Of a stretch of 64,000 bases of DNA, positions 46,730-61,719 are shown piece by piece. The notes beneath the pieces are model-generated. The model made no database searches, was not told where the DNA came from, and worked only from the letters and a program-made list of their open reading frames with translations. The translations under genes and the position numbers were made by a program. Position 1 is the first letter of the stretch. Each line of letters opens with the position of its first letter. The DNA is from the human T2T-CHM13v2.0 reference genome, Homo sapiens: NCBI RefSeq assembly GCF_009914755.1, contig NC_060926.1; one strand, 5' to 3'.

Positions 46730-49523
46730 TAAAAAGAATACTCCTTTAATTAAAAGTAAATGAATGAGTCACACAGGTGGCCCCTGGTTCCTAGACCTGG
46801 TGATCTTGGGGCCCGAGTCCCCAAGCCGCTGCACAAGGCCCCTGCCACCCTCCCACCTCTCTCGCGTCACAAGCAGGGCCCTCAGGATTCAGACACGCTC
46901 CCCAGAGCCTTGCAGAGCGAGATCTAAAGCAACTCTAATTTTCTGCACCAACGATCAATTACCGCAGAAGAAAGAAGGCTGAGCCTCTCCCTGCTACAGT
47001 TTTGTGCTGTGGTAACTCAGCCTGGCCTCCGGGCTTCCATCCCTGCGAAAAGAAGCAGGTGGATCTGACAGGAGGCACCCAGGAAATCTGCGGCTCAGAG
47101 GTCTTCCTGCCTCCAGTCCAAAGCAAAATCCCCACCTGGAAAACCCATTCCAGACTCCTGCGGGTGACTGCAGGCTGGGGAGGAGTAGAAGGGGCACCTG
47201 CCTCTGACAGGAGAGCCCTGGGGGCCGCCTCTCCCCACTGGCCGCTCCAGCACCAGAGGCTGTCTCCCTCATAGCCCAGGGTGGCCGCATAGGGGCTGTA
47301 CCTCCAAATGGACCCCGGGTGGGCGGGAGCCTCGGTCCCCCCGAATGCTCGTGTGCTCCTGGTCCTTGCAGCCACTGCAGTGCCTCCGGAGCATGGGGGC
47401 ACAGACTGAGGGGCGCACCTGAGGCCCCGGGCCCCTGAGAGGTAAGAGGTGGGCAGCCAGGCAACCCAATGCAGCCTGCTGCAGAGCACTGCATCTCCCC
47501 GTAAGTGTCCTGGGGTGTTCACTGACCCCATTTTTTTGGTATTGCTTAAAAAGAGACATGAGAAGAGAACTTAAGAGTGCCTCAGCAGGCAGGAAGGAGC
47601 TCCCAGAGCCAGGAAGGCACAGGCTCCCAGGCTCTCCTGTGCGGGCCAGGCACGTGGGTCTCAAGGGACAGTGAAGTTTCATGTCACCCTGAAACATGGC
47701 CCAGCCTGGGCAACCTACGATAATATTGGCACTGGCGGCTTTGGAAATGGCCTTCGGATAAACAGCTTCAAGAAAGCGCATCCGTCACCTTTGGTGACTT
47801 CCCCGCCACAACACCCATCCACATCCAGGATACTGTTTTTTTCAACTACCTCATTTATTGCTCTTACATCTGCACTTGATTACTATGGATTTACACGTCA
47901 CACCCGCAGCACCCTTGCGTAGGTAGTTGAGGGGTCAACCCCAGCCCAGGTCAAGCCCTCCAAAACCCCAGGAGCCACTCTTGGGAAGGTTCCCCTGTCC
48001 CCCGATGGTCCGGCACCCTGGCCCACTCGCTCCCATGCCTTTGAGAGGAGATCAGGTCTTGCCTCTGCCAAGAAGATGGGGCTACTGTGGGAGCAGGGAC
48101 CCTGCCAGTTACACTTCCTAGAACTTCCAACCCCTTCCTCATCACCACCAATCCTCGCCCAGCAATGACCGCGGGTCCACGCTCAGGGAAATGCCCCTCC
48201 CACAGCAGGCCCAGTGCGTGCATTCCCTGAAAGGCCAGGTGGGGACATCTTTGCTTGAGGTGCAGATCCTGGCCTTGCAGCTCCTGAATTCTGTCTCTGC
48301 AGCAGGAATGCGGCCACAGAAGAGGCGACCCGGTGGCTGTGGCCAAGCTCCGATAAGCTTTTATTTATGGTGCTGAAATTCCAATTTCATAAAATGTCCA
48401 CAGCATGAAATATTTACTCTTCTTTTGATTTTTTTCAGACATTTAGAAATGCAAAGTGCATAGCTCTTGGGCCGGACAAACCAGGCCTGGGTCAGATGGG
48501 GCCCCTGGCCAAGGGCACAGGAAGTAGGGGGTCCCTCTCCAGGCTCTGGGAGCCTGGCCTGGCGCCCTGTCTTGCTCACCCTGTCCCAGATTAACCTATG
48601 TCTAGCATTTATCTTTTGGGAGCATCAGGTTTTAGGCGACATATGAACACGCCACCCATTAATACAAAGCCCCCTCCCCCCATCCCCGGCTTACAAATAA
48701 ACAATACAAATCTGTTTGTTCATGCATATACAGTTTACTCTTTGGGAAAAATAATCCAAAACTTCTTCCATGGGTGTTAAAAAATAAAATCAGTATTTTT
48801 CCTGCCTTCCAGTCAGAAAAACTTGGCCAGTTTTGCGTTCCTGAAAACTTCTTCCAAGGCCATTTCATTCTGCCCCAGAAAGACCCTGCTCCGGGGTTAA
48901 GGGCAAGGACAGTGGGGTCATGAGAGGGGAAAGAGCCGACGGTCATCTGCTAAAGAACCAGGCACGTGAAACAACTGCAGGAACTCCACATTTCCCGCTA
49001 AGTATGTCCGGGAAAATACTGCAGGCCGTCATCTGTCTAATTAGAAACAGCCACAAAAACAGCGACGGAGCGGGAGCCAATTCCCAGCAGAATCATGCAA
49101 ATGAAATCCCAGATGAAGAGAAGGGGGAACTCAACTCAGCTTCTGCTGAGAAACTGTAAACGCCTTCCTGTTATGAAAACAGGACACAGGTGCAAATAAG
49201 GGGCTGTATCTTCTAACTCAAGGAACACGCCACGGTGCCGGGCGGGTGTCGTCCCCAGCATCCCAGAAGCACCACAGCAAGTCAGCCACAGGTTGGCTGG
49301 CTCTCTGGTGGAGCCTGGTCTCCAGCCCTGGCTTGCAGCAGCCGAACAAGCTGCAGATGGAAACAGCCAGGGAAATGCAGAGTGGACCACTTTCCAGGCT
49401 CTGAGCACAGAGACCAGAGCGGCAGGTAACTCATGGAAAGGCCTCACCTCCCTGCCCAGCCCAACCTCTGCAGGATGAATATCTTCCATACTCAGGGTTA
49501 AGGTACTTGCCCGGGAAAACCAA

Positions 49524-49652
49524 AATGTGTGCGTATGACACAGACATAGTTTTTTCCAGCAAACAATACAGCCCTCACCCAGCTGCCCAATGTGTGCGTA
49601 TGACACAGACATAGTTTTTTCCAGGCAAACAATATAGCCCTCACCCAGCTGC
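49524..49652. repeat. 65-bp tandem duplication, near-perfect
   Basis: aatgtgtgcgtatgacacagacatagttttttccag...ccctcacccagctgc at 49524 and 49589. Confidence 0.9.
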
Positions 49653-49816
49653 TCCAAGCAAGTGTTGGTCTTTTCTAATTTGACGGCAGGTGGTGGAGTG
49701 TTGGCCAAAGACAAGGCAACAGGCAGGCCTGGGGTAGAGTCCACCTGTGCCACCTGACTGGCTGTGGCTTCCTGGACAGATGCCTGGGCCTCTCTGAGCC
49801 TCAGTGTACGTATCTA

Positions 49817-50278
<462 letters not shown>

Positions 50279-51371
50279 CTACCTGGGGCAAGGGGTTGGC
50301 ATGGAGGCCCAGTGTGCAGCATCCTCCTCGGAAAGAGACGGGCACCTGCAATCACGTGGTGGGGCCCACAGTGAGGTCCTGTCTGGGGCCTTATGCCCTG
50401 GTGGTACCTCTCACGCCCTCCCAGCCCCTTCTCCATCAGTACAGGGGTAACCGCTCCAGACACACCTGTTTGACCCCAAGGACAAACATGAGGGGCTGGA
50501 AAATGATGAAAGGAAGCCCAGTTCCACTCCTTCATTTCACACCACATGGACAGGTTCAGATAAGTGGGTCCCTGTGCCTAAAGTCACACAGCCCAACAGG
50601 GGCAGAAAAAGAAGGCGTCACTAGCCTTGCCCCCATCCAGCCCCATGTCCCCAAAACCCTGCTCTCTGACCCACTCTCAACAGCCCCTTGGTAAGCACGA
50701 TCTCTGCTGCGCTCAACACTCCCCATTTTTAACTTGGCTAAGGTCTGTATACTGATGGGAAGACAAATCTGATGTAACACAGCCATCGATCTTAAAATGC
50801 TAAGGCCTCCCCAAATCTGACGTCTAGAAACGCTGGCCATGAGAAAGCTCCCTCACTATCCTCTTGGCTGAGGCCACTCCTGAGAAAAAAAGCCTGCTTG
50901 GCTGGTGAATTCTTGGCCTTCCCCTAACAATAGATTAATGCCTAAACTGGCTGGTGGAAAGTCTGACGGGAACAGAGATTCCGCTGCTGTCTGTCCACTA
51001 TTCAAGGCCTCTTTGTTCTCGGTTCTGCGGATCAGTCCAAATGCCTCTCGCCCGGGGCTATCTGATTCAACTGGGCTCAGCAGCTTTTCCTGACTGGTAA
51101 CCACACAACCAGGAAACAATGGGTCCACACACAAACGGAAAAGACTTCACACACCCCTGAATCTTTGTAAACTCCTATTGACAAAAGAAAAACTTGCAAC
51201 AATAGACTCACCTAATTTACCTAATAGATGAAAAGAATCAGGTCACCAAATTGTTGATGCGGGAAACTTATTTATAGAAGGTCTTCTAATAAATGCAGAC
51301 AGAATCACAAAATAGCTGATCCTGAGCCTGGAACCACATGGACTACTCTACTGACCTGCAGCACAGACATC

Positions 51372-52324
51372 CTCTACTAACCTACCCTACTAACCTACTC
51401 CACTAACCGACCACCCAAAGCTACTCTACTAACCAACTACCCAAACCTGCTCTACTAACCTACTCTGCTAAGCGACCACCCAAAGCTATTCTGCTAACCA
51501 ACTACCCAAACCTGCTCTACCCACTAACCGACCACCCAAGGCTATTCTACTAACCACCTACCCAAACCTGCCCTACCCACTAACCGACCACCCAAAGCTA
51601 TTCTACTAACCAACTACCCAAACCTGCTCTACCCACTAACCGACCACCCAAAGCTATTCGACTAACCAACTACCCAAACCTGCCCTACCCACTAACCGAC
51701 CACCCAAAGCTATTCTACTAACCAACTACCCAAACCTGCTCTACTAACCTACTCCACTAACCGACCACCCAAAGCTACTCTACTAACCAACTACCCAACC
51801 ACTCTACTAACCTACTCTGCTAACCGACCACCCAAAGCTACTCTACTAACCTACTACGCAAACCTACTCTACTCACCTATTCCACTAACCTACCACCCAA
51901 AACTACTCTACTAACCTACTACGCAAACCTACTCTACTCACCTATTCCACTAACCTACCACCCAACTCTACTAACCTACTCCACTAACCTAAAACTCAAA
52001 CCTACTCCACTAATCTACCACCCAAAGCTACTCTATTAACCTACTCTACTAACTTACCACCCAAACCTACTCTATTAACGTATGTCACTAACCTACCACC
52101 TAAACTTACTCTACTAACCTACTCTAACTTACCACCCAAACCTACTCTTTTAACCTACTCCACTAACCTACCACTCAAACCTACTCCATTAACCTACTAC
52201 CCGAAGCTACTCTACTAACTTACTCCACTGACCTACCACCCAAACCTACTTTATTAACCTATGCCACTAACTTACCACCCTAACCTACTCTTTTAACCTA
52301 CTCCACTAACCTACCACCCAAACC
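51372..52324. repeat. C/A-rich minisatellite built from 13-14-bp subunits (56-65-bp higher-order period)
   Basis: ctactctactaac / gaccacccaaag / ctacccaaac modules. Confidence 0.95.
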
Positions 52325-53452
52325 TGCCACAGGGCAGCACACACGGGGTGACACAGAGCAGCAAACACGGGGTGACGCGGGCAGGGCGTGTGTGGTCCCT
52401 TTACGGCTGCTGGATCTCCAGGCCTTTCTAGGCATCCTTTCTCTGGTGATGTCCAGTCCTCTGGTTGAGCCTGGTCTCCAGCTCTGGCCTGCCACAGCCA
52501 AACAGGCTGAGGAAGAAATGGCCAGGGCAGGGCAAGGCAGAGCGGGCAGCTCCCAGCACCTGCCACCAGCAACTTGCCACAACTCCAGCCCAAAGAGGGG
52601 TTCTTATGGCCGTGGAGGAAGCCCAGCCCCGAAGACCATACCTCGCAGATGGCATGTGAGGGGCACACCCAGGACACGCTGACAGCCACGCAAGGTCCCT
52701 GCAAAGGCAAACACCGGGCACAGCAGCCGAGCTGAGACGCCAGGGGCCAGGGGCTGGCTGCACTGGCGCAGTCATGGCTCCTTAGACGAGCGAGCCAGCC
52801 TGGGGCCCTGCGGCCATGCCTCCCACCTGAGTTACTCGGAAGGGGGCTTGCTCCACACCTTCTCACACCACCTGCTCCCCGTGTGGGAACAGAGCCAGGG
52901 GAGGCAGCCACCCACCTTCACCCCTCAGCCACAGCCTGGCAATCCCCTAAGAGGACACCCCATGGAGAAAGGCCCTCCCCAGGCAGCAGCCGGCAGCACC
53001 CAACCCAGCCAGGCTCTGTCCCAGGCCCTCCTGGGTCTGTGCCCCTGCTCAGGGTCCTCTCCCCAGCACGAATCCTTACATAAACCACACAAAGCCTGTG
53101 TGCCTTGAGGGTACATGGAACCTAAGAGGGGACACTGGCCTTGCAGGAGGCATCGAACTCCTCGCCGGTCCCCGCCGACCTGCCTGCTTGGCTCCCTAGC
53201 ACCCCTGTGCCTCTAACAGCGGCCTCCAGGGCCTCTCTGGATTCTCACCACAGTCCTCCAGTTTCAGCCCCCACGGCCAGCTGTTAATCCCTGAACATTT
53301 TCAAGTTCAAGTTCTCAGGAGACAGCACTGGCTGGGCTAAGCCTGACCATCAGTGACTAGCACATGGACCACTGTCCTGGGTCAGGCGCCCACCCGGTTC
53401 CAACCAGCTGCGGTCCAGGAGGACCAGGTCATGTGACACACATCGTGAACAC

Positions 53453-53510
53453 TGGATTGGTCAGGGTTCTCCAGAGAAATGGAGACCACAGGATGTGTGT
53501 ACATGCGTGC

Positions 53511-53555
<45 letters not shown>

Positions 53556-54497
53556 GAGAGAGGGAGGGAGATTCAGAGAGAGAGGGAGGGAGGGATGCAG
53601 AGAGGGAGAGAGAGAGAGGGAGGGATGCAGAGAGAGGGAGATGCACAGAGAGAGGGAGGGATGCAGAGAGAGAGGGAGGGGAGGGATGTAGAGAGAGAGA
53701 GAGAGAGGGAGGGATGCAGAGAGAGAGAGAGGGAGGGAGGGATGCAGAGAGAGAGGGAGGGAGGGATGCAGAGAGAGAGGGAGGGAAGAATGCAGAGAGA
53801 GAGAGAGGGAGGGAGGGATGCAGAGAGAGAGAGATGCACAGAGAGAGGGAGGGATGCAGAGAGAGGGAGGGATGCAGAGAGAGAGAGAGGGAGGGAGGGA
53901 TGCAGAGAGAGAGAGAGAGAGGGAGGGATGCAGAGAGAGAGAGAGGGAGGGAGGGATGCAGAGAGAGAGAGATGCACAGAGAGAGGGAGGGATGCAGAGA
54001 GAGAGAGAGGGAGGGAGGGATGCAGAGAGAGAGAGAGAGAGGGAGGGATGCAGAGAGAGAGAGAGGGAGGGAGGGATGCAGAGAGAGAGAGATGCACAGA
54101 GAGAGGGAGGGATGCAGAGAGAGGGAGGGATGCAGAGAGAGAGGGAGGGGAGGGATGCAGAGAGAGAGATGCACAGAGAGAGGGAGGGATGCAGAGAGAG
54201 AGGTGGGGTTGAAGGTGAGAAGAGAGGCAGAAGGGAGGTGTATTTTAAGGAGCTGGCTGAGATGGTGGTGGCTTGGCAAGTCCAGAGTCTGCAGGGAGTG
54301 CCTCGCTCCACGCCTTCTCACACCACCTGCTCCAGACCAGAGCCTGGGGAGGCAGCCGACCACCTTTGCCTCTCAGATACAGCTCTCTCTGCATCTCTTT
54401 CTCTCTCTCTGCATCTCTTTCTCTCTCTCTGCATCTCTTTCTCTCTCTCTGCATCTCTTTCTCTCTGCATCTCTTTCTCTCTCTCTCTGCATCTCTT

Positions 54498-54533
<36 letters not shown>

Positions 54534-54979
54534 ACGTACACATATCCTGTGGTTTCCATTTCTCTGGAGAACCCTGACCAACCCAGTGTTCGCAATGTGT
54601 GTCACATGACCTGGTCCTCCCGGACCGCAGCTGGTTGGACCTGGGTGGGCGCCTGACCCAGGACAGCAGTCCTCATGCTGGCCGCTTACTGATGCTACAG
54701 CCCCGGGGAAGCATGGTAGCTGCAGCTCCAGTCCAAAAGCCGCCTCTGCTGGTGGAATTCCCTCCTGCTCCGGGGAGGTCAGCCTTTATTCCGTTAAGGC
54801 CTTCAACTAACTGGACGAGGTCCACCCACACCACAGAGGACAGTCGGCTCTACTCAAAGTCTCCAGATTTAAATGTTACTGTCCTCTAAAAACCCCTTCA
54901 CAGAAACATCCAGAATAATGTCTCAGCACATATCTGGGTGCAGTGGCCCAGCCAAGTCGACATAAAATTCAGCATCACA
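53453..54979 (-). mobile_element. MLT2-type (ERVL) solo LTR with expanded internal simple repeat and a templated insertion
   Basis: tggattggtcagggttctccagagaaa...tattttaaggagctggct...aaggccttcaact...ggcccagccaagtcgacataaaattcagcatcaca. Confidence 0.85.
53512..54202. repeat. (TG)n followed by ~650-bp polypurine (GA)n/GGGAGGGATGCA repeat
   Basis: Direct inspection. Confidence 0.97.
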
Positions 54980-55336
54980 GGCAGGCAGGCAGCGTGGCTG
55001 AGGATGGGGCTCCTTCACTTAGAAGGTGCAAATGTGGCAGGCAGCTGAGATGAAGCCAACTTAGAAGTGTCAGAATTCAAACAACTGAACGGGAATAGTT
55101 TCAACAACGGTACGGGTTAATTGAGGTGGTTCCTGTTCAGAAAGACCCAGTGTGCTCTTTGAGTTGAGCAAAACAAATGGATGAATCATGTTAATCCCAC
55201 TGGGCATTCATCCAGGATTCAGCCAACCAGCAGGCAGGAAGCCCCTCTTCACAAACCAAGCCCAGGAAGTAACTGACTCCAGGCTCTAGTGAAACAGATT
55301 GAGTTTTGCTTGTTGCTTTTCTAAAAGCCTCAAATT

Positions 55337-55620
55337 GGCCGGGTGCGGTGGCTCACGCCTGTAATCCCAGCACTTTGGGAGGCCGAGGCAGGCGGATCAC
55401 GAGGTCAGGAGATCAAGACCATACTGGCTAACACAGTGAAACCCCGTCTCTACTAAAAATTAGCCGGGCTTGGTGGCGAGCGCCTGTAGTCCCAGCTACT
55501 TGGGAGACTGAGGCAGGAGAATGGCGTGAACCCAGGAGGTGGAGCTTGCAGTGCCACTGCACTCCAGCCTGGGAGACAGAGAGAGACTCCGTCTCAAAAT
55601 AAATAAATAAATAAATAAAT
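55337..55620 (+). mobile_element. Alu (AluY-like) with two small internal deletions
   Basis: gatcacgaggtcaggagatc, tggcgtgaaccc, ggagcttgcagtg diagnostics; TSD aaaagcctcaaat. Confidence 0.92.
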
Positions 55621-56696
55621 AAAAGCCTCAAATCAGGCTGTGCTTTAATGACCTCCACTGAGGAAATGAATCATAAAATGGAATCAAGAAATATTTATAC
55701 CAAATAGTTACTAAGAGACTCAAAGGGGATCTAACCTAGGGGAATTCCCACATACACATCACTTGTTAGGAAGGCGAGAAAGGCAAGCCAAGCTGATGAG
55801 TGAATGAGGAAACGCTTTTTAAAGTGCTAAATAAGACAGTTTTATAAATGAGAAAATACCACAAGACAGAGTTAAGCGAGAAATAATGAACCCGAGAGGT
55901 GTTGACAATGGATGGGCTGAAGATGAACTATCAGGAAGTTTCTGAGCGAGCGGACACAAAATAGAACATGTAAGAAGAATAAAATTAAGCCAAAGCAGTC
56001 CCTCTTGAAAGCTCTCCACGTGGACGTCTTCACTTTACCTCAGGTTATTCCGGTCAGCAGCCAGCATGGCCGTTCCCTCACCCCAGGACTGTGATGCTGA
56101 CGCAGTCTCCTCTCTCGGCACTGAGTCCTCAGAGTCCTGGTGGCTTGGCAGTCCCTCTCCCATGAGAAATTGAGAACAGGAGAATCTCAACGCAGAATCC
56201 ATTGCGTGCAATGCATGGGTTATCCCAGCATCCAGATTCTAGCTGGCTGTGATCCTCAGAAGAACTGGGAACATATTCACCCAAATCACTTTCTTTGGAG
56301 CTTTATTTTCTCAATAACCAGTTGAAAAAGACTGCTAGACACAGAACTCTGAGGAACTTCCCAGCAAAGGAGGCTTCTCTAACCTCCCCTCAAAAAATAT
56401 AAGAAAGTTGTATTTTAAAATCAGTGCATTCTGAACTTAGGAGAAAAGAGGTGTGCGTCTACAGGTGGGGCTCCTTCCACAGCTATCTCCTTCTCTATAA
56501 CCCTCTAGCTAGGCTTCCAACACTATTCTTAAAATATGGGAGGGGGGTACGAGGAAGCAGGGACAGGGCTGTGGCTCCAGGGGCACAGTGTTGCAGGGCA
56601 CGGTGTGCCTCACAGCCTGACCCCTTCTGGACCACAAGCACCTGACAGCCTGCTGCTGTCACCACTGTGGGACACTTCACAGTGATTCCAGTAGTG

Positions 56697-57540
56697 AGGG
56701 ATGGATGGATGGGTGAATGGGTGGGTAGCTAGATGGAGAGATGTATGTGTGGATGGATGGATGCACGCATCATGGATGGATAGATAGGTGGGTGATTATG
56801 GATGAATGGACAGATGGATGGACTAATGAATGGACAGATGAATGAATGGATTAATGGATGGATGGATGAATAGATGGATGAGTGGTTATGGATGAATGGA
56901 CAGATGGACTAATGAATGGATACATTGATGGATGGCTGACTGGAAAATGGATGAGTAGTTATGGATGAATGGACAGATGGATGAATGAATTAATGAATGG
57001 AAGAAAGAATAGATGGATGAGTGGTTATGAATCAATGAACAGATAGATGGACTAATGAATGGAAAGGTGAATGAATGAATGCATTAATGGATGGATAGCT
57101 GGAGGGATGGATGATGAATAAATGGATGTGTGGTTATGGATGAATGGAAAGATGGATAAACTAATGAATGAATAGATGAATGAATGTATTAATGGGTGGG
57201 TGGATGACTGGATAAATAGATGGATGAGTGGTTATGGATGAATGGACAGATGGATGAACTAATAAATGGGCAGATGGATGAATGAGTAAATTAATGGATA
57301 GATAGAAGAATAGATGGTTGAGTTGTTATGGATGAATGGACAGATGGATGGACTAATGAACGGATGGATGGATGGATTAATGGATGGATAAATGGATAGG
57401 TGGTTATGGATGGACAGACAGATGGACTAATAAATGAATAGATGGATGAATGAATGGATTAATGGATGGATGGATGGATGGATGGATGAATGGATGGATG
57501 AAAGGGGGGTTATGGATGGATGGGTAAACGTGAATGGATA
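56697..57540. repeat. Degenerate (TGGA)n/(TGAA)n simple repeat
   Basis: Direct inspection. Confidence 0.95.
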
Positions 57541-58114
57541 GGGTGACATGGGCACTGATCCAGGAAAATTATACAATGAAAAAAACATGCACAAGAAAAC
57601 AAATGTTCAAGACTAACATCAGCCGCCTGTTGCCATGCCAATACAAACATCCCACGTTTGAGTAAGTTACAATCATGAGTAACTGTATCTGCTTTAATTG
57701 ATATTTTAAAAGTTAAAAGTGTTGCTCTGCTGGTTATAGATTTTTAGAAATATTTGCTTCATGCCAGGATGCAACAAGTTTCATCTTATTCCCAAAAGGA
57801 AGCTTGGCTATGACTAGGAAAAGGAGCATAAATTTAATGACAAGGACTTCAGATAAACTGCAGCCTTTGTTTTCCACTGCTGAAACACAGACACTGTCGC
57901 ATTTTGTCTCCAAAGCCATGTTTCTTTCCCACAACAATTCTCAATGAAGAAATCTTCCTGCCTGAAAGTTGTTATAGTCTTATTTTTGTCCCCACAGAAA
58001 AATATTAATCTAAGAGTTTCAATCCGTGCTAAGTCAAAATTTTTCCATCTCTACCAACATCAGCCTTATATTTTATTTAAAGTAAGTCTGAATTTCCGTT
58101 TTTTTTTTTTTTTT

Positions 58115-58394
58115 GGTCAGAAAGCAATATTTAATAGAGACTTACACAGAAAATATCCTTTTTATAGTAGGTTCTTTTGACAAAACATGTAGAGTTGGTC
58201 ACATCTCAGACTTTCTTGTGAAACTTGTGACCACTGAGGAGGTTAGATAAGCATCTTTATGAGTGTTTATCTATGCTGCAGTTTAAAGATCTTGCTGCAG
58301 AACACCTTGGTATGGAGGAGTCAAACATTGATCATCATGGTGGTTTTGCTTCAAGACGGCACCACTCTGCCATTCAACAGACTGCTCTCCTACA
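58115..58394 (-). mobile_element. LTR fragment (LTR47-like, tentative) truncated at its poly(A) site
   Basis: Starts TGTAGG on minus; TATAAAAA near 58159-58166, then ATTAAA 15 nt before the poly(A) tail. Confidence 0.55.
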
Positions 58395-59069
58395 AAGAGA
58401 CGACCCTTTCCTCATTGTGTATTCTTGGCACCCTTGTTGAAAGTTAGTTGATCATCTATGCCTGAGTTCATTTCTGGGCTCTGTATTCTGTTTGTTTGGC
58501 CAATTTGTCTGTTTTTATTCCAGTACTATAATGTTTTAATTATTATAACTTTGTAATATAATTTGAAATCAGGAAGTGTAATGCCTCATATTTTGTTCTC
58601 CTTTCTTAAGATTGCTTTGGCTGTTTGGAGTCATTTGTGGTTCCATGCAAATTTTATAGGATTGCTTTAATTCTGTTTCTGTGAAGAATGCTACTGGAAT
58701 TGTAACAAGAATTGCATTGAATGTAAAGATCACTTTGGGTTGTGTAGATAGTTAAACAATATTAAGTCTTCTAATCCATGAGCACAAGATAATGCTCCAT
58801 CCATTTGTTTCTTCAGTCTTTTCCCATCAATGTTTTATAGTTTTTAGCATTCAGTTATTGCATCTCCTTGGTTAATTTATTCCTAATTATTTTATTCTTT
58901 TTGATGCTATCATAACAGATTGTTTTCTTGATTCCCTTTTTGGATAATTTGCTGTTGGTTTAAAGAAATGCTACTGACTTTTGTATGTTGATTTTGTATC
59001 CTGCAACTTTACTAAATTTATTAGTTCTAATAGTTTTTAATGGAATCTTTAGGATTTTCTATATATAGG
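58395..59069 (-). mobile_element. Old L1M ORF2 fragment (transduced)
   Basis: Reverse complement reads tatatagaaaatcctaaagattcc...aaagttgcaggatacaaaatcaacatacaaaagtcagtagc. Confidence 0.85.
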
Positions 59070-59074
59070 AATGA

Positions 59075-60384
<1,310 letters not shown>

Positions 60385-60619
60385 AAAAATGTCTATTCAA
60401 GTCCTTTGCCCATTTCAGCAAGCTTGTTTGTTTTTTGTTTGTTTTACTGAGCTGTATGAGTTCCTTACATGTTTTAGATGCTAACCCCTTATCAGATAAA
60501 TAGTTTGCAAATATTTATCTCCCAACCTATAGGGTGCCTTTTCATCTTGTTGATTATTTCCTTGGCTGTACAGAGCTTTTACTTTAATGTAGTCCTACTT
60601 GTTTATTTATTTTTGCTTT
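60385..60619 (-). mobile_element. Old L1M ORF2 fragment (transduced, in the inverted segment)
   Basis: aaatgtctattcaagtcctttgcccattt...cccttatcagata...tttgcaaatattt. Confidence 0.85.
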
Positions 60620-61719
60620 TGAATTTCCGTTTTTATTGTCCGTAATTCTTAGCAAAGACTTAACATAGATCTATGTGAGTATGACACTTTAGAAATCGAG
60701 AATTGCTTTTTAAAAAATAAAGACAGGGCTTTGGGAAGGGAAGGGCACACTCACGGATCATGTCCTGGACCCCCGGAAGGCAGAAAGTGTTGTCTCAAAA
60801 GGGAAAATCAGATGTTTCTTAAACACATAGGTCTGGTCGGTTAGACAAAATTGCCATTCTCAAATGCAGTGAACACTCTGCTTCCTTGTAATTTCCTGTT
60901 TGCATCCAAGTATCTGCTTCAACTAAAGTCAGCATATCAAGTAACCGCTGACGCTGACCAAGCCCTGCGAGCACACACAGCCCACCCTCCACCCGGAGAA
61001 CCGCCACCGCCCCGTCACAGCCATCCCAAGTCCCTCCTGCTCCCTCCTCCTGAGCCTTGGACCAGCGGCTGCCCCTCCTTCAGACAAAGTTCTTTGGCCT
61101 CATATTTCAGTTTATCGCACTTAAATGTGCAGGATTCCATGCAAGCCGTAACGTAATAAGTAGCATCCATTGCAAGAGCAGCTACTGTGCTTGGCTGTGC
61201 GCTAGGAGGTTTGCACGCACAGCCTTCCTCACTCCTCAGGACCCCTACAGATGGGGAAGCCGAGGCTTCAAGGGGTGCGGTCACGTCCTCAAGGGAGCAC
61301 ATCCGGAAAGCACAGACCAGGACCCCAGCTCAAGGCTGGCACATGCCCTGCACCTGCTGCCAGCTCCACCACGCAGGTGCATTTTTCCTCAGCCCTCAGT
61401 TAGGCAGCCTTCCCATCCCCCTCAAGAACAGTCTCCACCGTGTCACACCACAGGTCAGTGGAGTCCAACCCCCTGCCCACCAGACCCCCTGTGAGTCAAT
61501 CGCCGAGAGCCAGCTGAGTTCATCTCCATCCCCAGCACCTGCCAGCAGGGCCTCCACGTGGCGTGTTCTTTCTGACTTCCTAATAGTATAATTAAATATA
61601 ACAACTTTAGAGTTGATCTAGTCTGAAAGGCAAGATATTTTCTCCCCTAAATAAGATTGGTTAAGGACTGCTAAACTGTTCACTGTCTTGTGCTATTCTG
61701 CACAAGACTGTCCTGTTCC

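Noticed and set aside
53364-54609. RE-rich and SL-rich ORFs of 260-310 aa
   Set aside because: Translations of the GA repeat.
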